Assembly: GCA_904063045.1 (NCBI GenBank)
Contig: CAJFCJ010000009.1
Coordinates: 1,426,968 to 1,490,967, forward strand
Reading direction: 5' to 3'
DNA from: Dimorphilus gyrociliatus
Lineage: Eukaryota; Animalia; Annelida
DNA length: 64,000 nt
Part shown: positions 32,963-44,100 of the stretch, piece by piece
Layout of the letters: each line of letters opens with the position of its first letter
Numbering within the stretch: the first letter of the stretch is position 1
Made by a program: the position numbers and the translations under genes
Notes under the pieces: generated by a model
Database searches by the model: none
What the model was told of the DNA's origin: nothing
Seen by the model: the letters and a program-made list of their open reading frames with translations, nothing else

Positions 32963-34021
32963 TCATTCTAAGTTAGGAATAATAAAGAATGATTCCCTCT
33001 CAAACATTTTGCAAATCCCGAACGTGTTGTCGAATAATAGGGGCGCCGAAACTTGAAAAAAAAAAGAGGAACTTTTATGACTTACCTCTGGTATTCTAGC
33101 GACAGATAATAATTCTTCAGGTATAAGACTTTCGTATTTAATCATTTCACCATCGTCCATTTTTTTCTCTTTAAACGATATTAAGATAGCGAACAAAATA
33201 ATAATTAAAAGAGGACAAATAAACAAGACAATAAGAGAGATAACACTTGATACGTTAAATATCTCCGATTCGTCCAAGGTTTGTCCATTTGAAAAATAGA
33301 ATAAATTTAGAGCAGTAAAATATATAAAGTTTAAAACGTTCTCAAAAAGAATAACTGTCCAGGTAATTATTAGGACTAAGAATTTTCTTTTCCCATTCCC
33401 AGTTTTACCATTATCCGAAAAATAAACAAAGACTGAGCGAACAACGGAAATGAGATTTAAAATTACGTTCAAAACCGCAAAAATTGTTGTTATTACTATT
33501 AACATTGCCGAAAAAGCCCATGACTTTTCAGGTTTAAATCTTATAGGTATAGATTCTAAACGATATTCGCTATCGGATTCGAAGTAGATTATCCCACTAA
33601 ATGGTAATACACATATTATTACGCTTATAACAATCTCCGTAGCCGTTATAGTAAACCATATAATCCAAGAGGTATTCGTGCTACTTTTAAAGATTATTGA
33701 CGGATTTTCTGAGTAAATGTTTTGCAGTAGAATACAATGAGTTGTTGTTGAAAGGAGAGGCTTTAAAATTATTCCGAATATAAGGAGATAGGCTGCTATT
33801 TTCGAAATATGTAACTTGTATATTATTAACCCAACTGATATAATTAGAGTAGCCACCCAATGTAGAATAAGTGAATCTGATAGAGTCTTTGGAAGAACAT
33901 TATTTCTTAATCGGATAATAATTGCGACAGTTATTAAGATGCATGTAGAACAGGTTCCACCATAGCCAGCTGTAGTTAGAATCTTCTCCATTGTTGTTTC
34001 TGTACTAGTTACATTATCCAT
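32963..34021 (-). CDS. Divergent 7-transmembrane GPCR-like protein, encoded in one large exon
   Basis: 352-aa ORF with seven hydrophobic segments, a short N-terminus with an NVT sequon, and a Pro in TM7 (FICPLLIII). A strong GAG|GTAAGT donor at 33085 suggests the true C-terminus is spliced. Confidence 0.7.
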   Translation of the reverse strand: MDNVTSTETTMEKILTTAGYGGTCSTCILITVAIIIRLRNNVLPKTLSDSLILHWVATLIISVGLIIYKLHISKIAAYLLIFGIILKPLLSTTTHCILLQNIYSENPSIIFKSSTNTSWIIWFTITATEIVISVIICVLPFSGIIYFESDSEYRLESIPIRFKPEKSWAFSAMLIVITTIFAVLNVILNLISVVRSVFVYFSDNGKTGNGKRKFLVLIITWTVILFENVLNFIYFTALNLFYFSNGQTLDESEIFNVSSVISLIVLFICPLLIIILFAILISFKEKKMDDGEMIKYESLIPEELLSVARIPEVSHKSSSFFFQVSAPLLFDNTFGICKMFERESFFIIPNLE

Positions 34022-36232
34022 TTTAAATATGTCAATTCGTCGTTTTATCGTTCCTATTAATTTTAACTTTTTACATATCGAGCTCAGAGCGATCGTATGC
34101 TCGAACTATCAACCGAGTTTGATAGCTTTCCGATACGAGAAAACCACCTTTTGCGCATGACCGTTTATAAAGATATGGGCGGAGCCAACAAGGGAAGAAA
34201 TTGAGAGAAAAAACTTCGGTAATCTAGGCCTATCTAATTCTTTTAACAATAGATTCTATTGAAATATTCAATTCTTTCCTCTTTGAAAAAGAAAAGAAAA
34301 AAGAATAAAAAAATTAAAAAAAGAAATTATGGAGATATTTGCACATTCTTAATAAAGTGTATAAACCTATTTATATAAGAATTATTCTGTTCATAGAATG
34401 GATCCCATCAAAATCTACATATATGCCGTTTAAATACAATGAAAAGTAAAAAGCTAATTGAGTCTCTCTCTCTCTCTCTTTTCTCCCCTCCCTGTATTCT
34501 TTTAAAGGAAGAAGCCGGTTTTTAAAGTTCTCACCCGCATTGACACCCAGTAAGGAATTGTTATAGAACTGTAGTAAAAATATTTGTATTCATTACACAC
34601 GAAAAGCGAGATTCAAAGCATTTAGTTTCAGTTCATAGGCCCACATTTCAACCCTTCCTCTATTCTCGTAAAGCCGCTGAATTGAAGTAGAGGATTTCTT
34701 ATAAAAACTATTGGATGTTGTTATACGATTATTTAGTCCCTTTTATCTGTCCTTAGCAAATGGTTGCCTAAGGTGGCGTCATTTGTGCTCTTCTTTAAAT
34801 TTGCTTATTTAGATATCATTTTATCAATAGACACTTTAAGAGGAACAAGAAGTGATCCGGCAATAATGAGATTTCAATAACAGAACATTCGAAAATGGCC
34901 ATTTTCCGCTTCTACAGGCCTATACAAAAGACCACTCCACTTTGACCTCCTATTGACTTTTCGTAGGTAATATAAAAATTCTACTATAGATGAACTTTAA
35001 ACTAAATAAACAAGCAATCAAAAAAAAAACGCGACTAAAGTGAGATTTAGTGTCAAATTTTCAAGTTATTTATACATTTAAAATAACGTAAAATAGAAAA
35101 GTATAGGGAACTTTCTAATGGAACGTTTTATATGTTTGTTTACCTTCAATATTTGATTAGCAGGTTTGTTTGAATAATTCGCTTGAATAGGCTGCCATCT
35201 AAAGCAAACTTTAATATAAATCATTTCAATATCAATTTTTCCTTCTTTAAAGAATGATCGGTATGCCAATATCTCGGTCATAAAGTTCGATTCACAGTAG
35301 GACAGGTGTTAAATTGTACTCGGAGTAATTTGTAGGCGCTCTGGATGGATTACGTAATTGGTTAAAAGCATTTATACGCTACTTTTAAATTATGTCATTT
35401 TGCTCCTTCTGGCGTAATAAACGTCGTTAAGTTCTATTTTCTATAAAGTTGGTTTTTAGTATAAAACTTTCGGGCTTGTAATTTAAATTTGCCACGTATT
35501 TAAGGCGGAAGTAGTATGTCATTTTTTGGTATTATTCAACCACGGCAAAAAGTTGTTAACAATATTCCAGCTTGTAATAGTTTTACAAGCTTATTATATA
35601 TATAAATTTTCGATAGAATACGAATAATAGTTAGTTAATTTATACTTATGGTAAGTTTTTAAAGTTTTCTAGAGACTCCTTATGTAATAGTTTGCTTTCG
35701 GCTGAGCGATATTGTGCCTCCTTATGAAAATTGAACCCCGCCTTCCTGAGTAATTGAATTTAGTATAAAGATGCTTTAACTTAAATTTCCGGCTATAGTA
35801 GTTGTCAACTACTCTCCAATATTTATTCGTGTTTACTGCGAGATGCACTCCCAACTTTTTTTAGCATTCGCAAGACTTAATTTCTCTTTGATAGTTTGGG
35901 AGTTTGTGGACTGAAGACTTTGAGGGCGTTTGTTAAAATATCCATGAGCAGCGAACCTAACACTAAAATGCCAAGGTTTTAAGTTAATAATATAATAACC
36001 ACGTTTAAAAAGTATTAGTTCAGGTCGAATATACTCGTATGGTTAATTAAGTTTATTATGGCATTAAAATCCCCAAGATAAAATTCCCTAGATATTTAGA
36101 CAAAACGAAACCCGCTGTGTATACAACAGGTGTGCACATGAACACCTCTTTTTTTTAAAAACACATGCCGCTAGTCATTTAGTACACGTGGCTTGAGTCT
36201 TACAAAAGAAACGTTTCAAGTTGCAGACCAGC

Positions 36233-37761
36233 ATGGAATATTATAGTCGTTTTGCACTCTATTTTCTCTTCGCGTCATGTACGATAGCAACGGCCATAAA
36301 ACAAGATCCAAAAGGCTATATATTATACTGTCCGTGCATGGGTAATTACTTTTTATTACTTTCACTTTAAAATTTTATCTCATGGAGTTTACTTTCAGGC
36401 CGTTTCGGAAATCAAATGGATCATTTCCTAGGTAGTTTTGGCTTCGCTAAAAATCTTGATAGAACCCTAGTCGTTCCTCCGTGGATTGAATATAGATCTG
36501 GAACATCAAACACGGTATATTACAGTTATATTTATCTAGTTAAAATCAAATATAAAGGACTCTCTTTTATTACTATAAAAGAAACACGTGCCATTTACGA
36601 AATATTTCAAACTTGAAGCGTTACAATCATACCACCGTATTATTGATATGGAAACGTTTATGAAAGAATTGGCCCCAAAACTTTGGCCTGAGAAAGAGCG
36701 ATCAGGTTTGCTCTTAAACAAATACTATCCCGTTGAAATGTATTATATAACCATAAAATATATATATTTTTAGTACTTTGTTATATGGCGAGAAATGGAC
36801 CCGAAAAAGACTCTTGTAATGCTAAAGACGGAAGTCCATTTGGTCCTTTCTGGGACAATTTCAACATCAATTTTGTTAAATCTGAATTTTATGGACCAGA
36901 TCTTTACTTTGCTAGCGAAAATAATTACGATAAGAAAAAATGGTTAGAAAGGTTAGTTTAATAAGAAATTCAAAGGGAAAAAGAATAAATATATCTGAAA
37001 ATTATTCAATATTTAGATTTTCATATAAGAAATATCCAGTAATGGCATTTACCGGGGCACCAGCTCAATTTCCTGTCGTTAAACATTATATACCCATTCA
37101 AAAATACGTGGAATTTTCTGATGAGATAAGTAAGCTGGCGAAAGAATTCATAAATAAATACTTGGAAAAGCCTTATATCGGCGTTCATCTGAGGAATGAT
37201 ATTGACTTTGTGAGTTTTAAGTTAAAGCCATTTCCGTTGTTCAGTGTTGAATTAACTTTTTATTAACAATACAGAAAAATGCCTGCGAGCACGTTGAAGA
37301 AGGTGGAAGTAACTTTTTCAGTTCTGCACAATGTTTGGGCTATGATCAACAGCATGGTAAAATATCAAAGGAACTATGCTTTCCGAGCAAAAAAACAATT
37401 TTGAAACAAGTCGAAGAAGCCGTTAAGAAGACCAAAGCGAAATCTTTGTTCGTGGCAGCTGATAAAGATCACATGATTAACGAATTTAGAAAACATTTAA
37501 AACAATATAAAGTAAGTATTTAAGTATATATTTCTCTTTTATTTATTGACTTAATTGAAATTTTATATCCTTTAGGTAAACGTTGTTAAATATACATCAA
37601 ACTATCCTCAAGTTGATCTCGCCATTTTGAGCTCATCCGATCTCTATATTGCTAATTGCGTATCATCATTTTCCGCCTTTACCGTCCGCCATAGAAGCGT
37701 AAGAAATTTACCAACACAGTTCTGGGCTTTTTCTAAATCACCATCTCATGACGAGTTATGA
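36233..37761 (+). CDS. POFUT1: GDP-fucose protein O-fucosyltransferase 1
   Basis: Signal peptide, [47 protein letters not shown] and C-terminal HDEL. Confidence 0.97.
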
Positions 37762-39163
37762 AATCTCTTTGTATACTTAGATTTATAGTTCAATTTAACG
37801 ACTTAATGAGTTAATCGTTGTCTGTAATAATCGGTTGAACAATTTATATGATTGTATTAAAATATATAGTATATATGAATATATACACAAAAAAAGAAGT
37901 GGTTTTTATCTCTCTCTGTCTCTCTCTTTGTTCCTTCCTTCCGGCCTTCCTTCCTTCCCTGGCTCTCTCTTTCCAAAATACTTTCCTTTTTCTAACCTTA
38001 AATATCAATTAATCTAAAGCAGTGTGAAGGCACCTGTTCACACAACAGATGTAACACTTCAATTTACAGTTGCATACTTTTTCCCTTTAACATCTGACGC
38101 AAGCGATTTATTTTGATTATCTGATAAACTCAGGTCTAAAGAAATGTTGCCAAAATTTAAACATCATTAATACTCAATTGTATTCTTTTGACAGATGTTT
38201 TCCTCATTTCGGGCCCCGGTTGCTTATATAAACCTTGAACTTTTATAAATGTTTGCATTTAGTTTCAGTTTGGTATCTTTCAACGAGTCCTTGATCATCT
38301 CCATTACTATCTGATGAAGTTGAATACAAATAGCTTTTTACACGAGAAAAGCATCGTCACAGCTGAATGGAGGAGAGAATAGTAGATAAAAAGTAGTTTT
38401 TTATATCGGCTTTATGTTCCATAAATATCTGTGAAACCCTTCCCTTGATCAAACCTATAAGAGATTTAATTTGTTTAACAACACCTTAATTTTCAAGTAT
38501 TTACTTAAGAATGATACTATTATGAACCATTCATGATACAACCTATTAAACCTAATATGCCTTATTATATAGTCTCTAAGTATATATAATATGTATGTTA
38601 TAAATTGTATTACTACAACACATGGATAAAACTTTTATGCCCGGTAAAATAGCTTTCTCTTGCATAAAATGCCATCTACTGGTTGTTATAGGAAAAATGC
38701 TTATTATCGGAGAGACATCATAGTTTCATCGACCTAATCTTAACAATAAGCTTTGAAAGAAGAATACATAAGAGACTAATCAATAGACGCTAACTTTATA
38801 TTAGCAGTAAAAGAGTCAATATTTAAAACCTCAATTTAATTGTTCGATAGTGTTTATAGCACTTTGTATTCAGTACTCAGGCACTAGCACTGAAACTTTG
38901 ACCTGCTAAATGAGCTAGCTCGGTCGTAATTCTGTACTTGAACTAAACGTTGTTCTTTTACTAATATTAGATACCATAGATGTACTGAAACTTGTATAGA
39001 GGTTCTCTCTAAATATATTTTACTACAATCAATAGCAGTGTGAGTACTTAAGGATATTGTAACTATTTAGAATAATCGAATGTTCTATAAAACACAAAAG
39101 ATTTATAATTGATGGAAAATGTAGGCTCTGCTATTCGTTAGGTAGTATTTTGCCATCACTACT

Positions 39164-40664
39164 TTAATTTCTCTTTTGTTTAGGCTCACGACGCCCTAAA
39201 AGTTCCTTGAAGATGAACAAACCAAAGGCAGAGATGCAGCTAACAACAACACAATGTTCCACCCTATTTGTAAAGGGTGTTCCACAAATTGTGTACCACT
39301 TAACCCCATCTGCTGGTCTTTGAGTGCAGTGAAAATCGAATGGTTCATCATAATTCTTATCGCAGAGATATTGTTTTCGAGGAAGCATCTAGTAAATGAC
39401 ACAATTTTTAGCGTCTAAATACTAGAAAAACTTAAAAGCAAAGTTACTTACCTGTCCTAAAGCACTCAATATAGGTGCATCTTTTGAACAATCACCTAGA
39501 GGTTCGTGTAAACCGGTAGCGGCTAATTGCTCTGGTTGAACAAACCAATTCAAAAAGAAATACATAGTATAATGAATAAAGATAACTAAAGCTATTTCAT
39601 CTATTTTAATCGATCCGCCTACGGTTTGCTTATCATTTTTCCATACTATTGCACAATAACCTAAAATGAGAAGTAGACAGCAGCAAACTTCAGTAGGGAC
39701 TTTCCAAATATCGTGCAGTGGATGATAAAAGATAACAAATTGAATAACACCCATAGGAAATGAAAATAGAGCAGTTGCAATTGAGACAGTAAGTTCTTTT
39801 CGGAACGTCGAACGTTCTCCCTCTTTAGTAGTCATATTTAGTAATTTGGGAAGACCATTGAAAACTGTGTTGAAAGAAAAGGCAAAAGAGGCGTGGAATA
39901 TATAACTTGTCCACGGCACGTAATACATTCTATCATATACATTTGGATCGGTATCGTGCCAAGTCCACCACAACAATTTTACTCCAGTGATATCATAAGG
40001 CAAATCGATGCAAACTACGGCTAAACCGACTACCAAGAAAGAAAGTAAATATAACTAAAATACGTTTTGTGTTATGAAAAGGAATATAGAAGAAAAAAAA
40101 CCTGCTAAAGATTCAGACCATCTGGGTAATCGCATTCGTTTAACGGCCATAGTGGCCGTATAAATAAAGTAGGGATCTGTTAAAATTAATAAATTATTAA
40201 GATCCTATTAAAGAATTCCCAATGTACCCTTTACCCTTCTCAAAACCCAAGTATTATTTTATAGTTAAGTTACTAACACAGGCAAACTATATATAATGGA
40301 AATCTTTTCTTAAAGAACATAACAGTTCCCTGAATATGCCAAAAGTTATCGATGTCTTTTAACTCATAGCTGTATATTTCCACAGCAACTCCATGTAGAA
40401 TACATGTAACCCAAAGCCATAAATTTCGGCCTCCACTTTTGAACGCTATGTTTAAATAGGTAAACAAAAAAAAAGGTATAATTAGCACTCCAGGTATTAC
40501 GAGAAATTTTCCAGGTTATATATTGTTTGTGTAATTGATTAATTACCATGAAAAAGCGTTAGTAGTGCACCCACAATCGTTACGCTTTCTTTTATAAGAA
40601 AGGTCCAATTTTCTTGCCATATTTCTGCGGGATTCCTAAACGCAACAATATTTTCGCTAATCAT
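39164..40664 (-). CDS. Conserved uncharacterised multi-pass membrane protein
   Basis: About 5 phase-compatible exons starting MISENIVAFRNPAEIW. Conserved-looking blocks DIDNFWHIQG, IDLPYDITGVKLLWWTWHDTDPNVYDRMYYVPWTSY and YLCDKNYDEPFDFHC. Confidence 0.8.
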
Positions 40665-41051
40665 ACTTTTCCGGTTTTGATTTCTTCTTCACCCTTTGAT
40701 TTGTCTTCTAGATTTTATTTCCTTCCCTTCGAATTTCCTTATATATATTTCTTATTACTTGTCTCCTACACAGTGTTAACACAGACAATTATTACAATTT
40801 CTATTTTTTATCAAATTTCAAGGTTTATATATATACAATGATAAGTGTCAGCCTACAACACGCTATAGTTTCAATGTGACAGATATGTAGGCCTACGATG
40901 GTTCGATATAATTAAGTGCATAGAAACGGCAATTAGTACTTCTGTACGATTGTTTTGAGTAACTTGGTGTATTTATTTTTCATTAGAAAATTTTCTTATT
41001 TCTTTTTTTTACCGAATGTAAACAATGTACAATATAAATAATGATTATATA

Positions 41052-41077
41052 CTCTCTCTCTGTCTCTCACTCTATCT

Positions 41078-41132
<55 letters not shown>

Positions 41133-41137
41133 TATAT
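41052..41137. repeat. Compound (CT)n-(AT)n microsatellite just downstream of the adenylyl cyclase stop
   Basis: A CT run at about 41052-41100 directly abuts a TA run at 41101-41137. Confidence 0.95.
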
Positions 41138-41153
41138 GCAGAGTAACATTCAA

Positions 41154-44100
41154 CTATACTTCAGTAATTTTTTTATTCAGTTTTCCAGGGAAATCAATAC
41201 TAAAAGAATCGCTGACGGTGACGTCATCTAAATTGACGTCATCATACAGGTCGAGATCTATATCCGAAATAGGGTCGAGATGAAAGTAATCTTCGTCAGA
41301 CGCCATTCCAGGTCTGTAATTGTCGTATTCACTTTCGTAATCGCAGGAGTGTACTCCACTTGGATCAGAGCGCGATATTTCACTATTGAAGCTAGATAAG
41401 CTTCGAGCGTCGTCTGCCAGCTTCCGAGCGATTCTCAGTTGGTCGACGTCGACTGAATTCCTTACAGACGAAGCTCGAGAATTGCCGTCTTCTCCGTCAG
41501 AAGGGATGTAGTCCAGGCTTCGGCAGAGACGCTGGGTTTGAGGAACTTTTAATCGTCTTTTAACCTGAAAGGGTGGTGCTGCGGGACGAGTAGGAGAAGG
41601 AACAGCTTGAGGTACGTGAACGACACTTGAAGCTGTATCTGATGGTGTGTTTGAACTTGGCGTAGCTCTTGGCGATGGTGACAGAGGAACAGAGGGAGGG
41701 GGAGGTGGTGGAGGAGACGAAGGAGAAAAGTTTTTGAAAACATGTATATTATCTTGGCTATGAGAGGATGAGGAAGAAGCGTCGATATTACTCAAGATAC
41801 TTTTTTCTGGTAGTGAATACTGTCGCTGGAAGGCAGGATTTCTTACAACAACTGGTGAAACATGCGCCACTTGACGACGAGTAGGCGACTGTGTATGAGG
41901 GAAACGAGGGAAAATAGGATACCTATATCGAAAAGGTTGGCGAGATGCTTCGTCTGAGGAGACACTACGAACGTCCGAAACGTTTTCATAGTGGGGGGCA
42001 ATTGAGGCGACTGGAACGTTTTTAATCCTAGCATTTTCTGCTTCCGGATTACTTAATTTTGGCTTTACGTTCATCCAACCGCGTAATCGTTGTTGAAGTC
42101 CCAGATCCGTCGGATCTGATGCACTTACATGCATCTCTTTTTTGCGATTGTTTTTACTTTCATCATCCTCAGAAATACTTCTTAATGTGGACGCGGCAGC
42201 ATTTCTATAGTGAACAGTAGGAAGATCAGGTGATTGTGAAAGATTTCGAATAGCAGAGGTATTAGGCAAAGTGAGATTCTTCCTTTTCTTATTGTTGAAT
42301 CTCGGTGAAAGAAGAGGTTCGACCCCTTCGTATGGATTAATCCTATTTGGTACAGAAGAGGAGAGGGCAGCATCATTAGGCGACAAAAGATTTGTCGAGT
42401 AGTTTGGTACAGACGAGGCAGCTAACAATGATAGAGGACTAGTAGGTGTATTCTCAGCGGAACTTGTAGAACGCTTCGAGAGTAGAAAGTGTGTAATCAT
42501 AGTTCCTTTTCCTTTAACACGAACTGGTCCTCTGCAGCGAAACTTAAATCGGTGCTGAGTTAGTGTAACAACATCCTGAGTAACTTGAGTATAACCAGGC
42601 ACTCCAGTGCTTTCCATCCTACTGGCAACATTGACTGTATTACCCCATATATCGTATTGAGGTTTCCTAGCTCCAATTACACCGGCGATAACTGGTCCAA
42701 CATTGATACCAATTTTGAGTGAGAAGTTGTTATAAGAGTTCTCATTAAATTGGTGAAGTTTATCGCGAAAAGCCAAGGAGATATCTAGTATTGAGAGGAG
42801 ACATTCTATAGCTCCAGGGGTTGCCTCCATATCGGGATGGGACAACAGACCTGCTGCTGCCATATACGTACTTCCTATTGTTTTGATTTTGGTCACATTT
42901 TGGAATTCTTTTTCCTCAATGAGCTGTGTTTAGTAACAAATCAGAATTTAAGAATGACAATAAACTTGGTATCAATTATTCAATTAGTAACTCAAACCTC
43001 ATCAAAATCGGCTATTATTTCGTTTAATACCCTCATACATTCCAATCCCTGATTATTGGCATCTAGTTCCGTATAAAAATCGCTAAAATTAGGTATAGAT
43101 GCGAACATTACACCAACGCATGCGTAGTCTTGACTGTATAAACTGCAATGAGAGTAAGGTTGATAGCGTAAAAAATCGTCGGCGACATGAGCCGGTAAGA
43201 GATTACAAAGAATTTTCCTATTAATCGCCCTTAATGCGGCCATTTCTTGCGTTTCGCCGTCAGCTTGGCGTTTCCATAAGAAATCAATTCGGTGAGTCGA
43301 TTCTTGCTGGCGTGCAATCAAGTAAAAGACCAGAACAGTATGCAGGAGTATGATTGTGTTGAAAATTTTGGATGGAATTTCGGGTTGCATACGCTCGTCA
43401 AACTGACGATAGAGGGCGGCATGAGTGTATTGATGAAAGAGTACGAAACCACAGGATTTGATGGCTAAAATAATAAGACGGATGTAGGCTGGTATTTGTA
43501 CAAAGACACAAAAGGCTAGAAAGCCTAAAATGGCAGATAACGTTGCGTAAGTCGGTATAAAACAACTTAAGTGGCTTTGATCCGAACTGAGAGAAGCGAA
43601 CTCGGCAGAAATCGAACCGTGATTGCCTTCGGCACAGCATAGGACATTCACTTGGTTTAATAAGTCGATAAGGAGTAGACTAAAAATTGCAATCATCATT
43701 CGAACAACCCATACTCTAGACATACCGCATGTAAGGCATTGAATTTGACCAGCTAGGTACAGTATAAGAACAACCGTTGTCCACGAGAAGGAAATTAAAA
43801 ATATAACAAGTAAAATTATAGTTCTTGGCAGTACAAGAGCTTGAAGACAAGCACAACAAATGAGTATGAGCAGTGAACAAACCATTCCACTTCCGAACCA
43901 GTCGGCCTGTTCAGCTTGAAATCTTTTCTCTAGATCATGATCCTGAAAGATAAGTATGAAAGGAAAAGTCTGCTTCATCTTTTCACCGTAGAAATCGTTG
44001 GTGGTCGAAGCGAGTGTTTGCTTAAGTTCCTCGTCAATCTTGTCGAAAGCCTTACTTTGTCTAGAATTTCGTCCTCGATTTGTTCTAAGACGTTTACCAG

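Noticed and set aside
33052-33085. 34-nt mini-intron giving the 7TM protein an alternative short C-terminus
   Set aside because: It is shorter than the other introns I assembled here (about 55 nt or more). Not excluded, but unsupported.
34400-36100. Short ORFs (35078, 35669) and splice-like signals
   Set aside because: I could not build a coherent spliced ORF or find a motif on either strand.
37800-39100. Possible small minus-strand exon near 38230-38390
   Set aside because: There is an in-frame stop right after the best acceptor and no partner exon.
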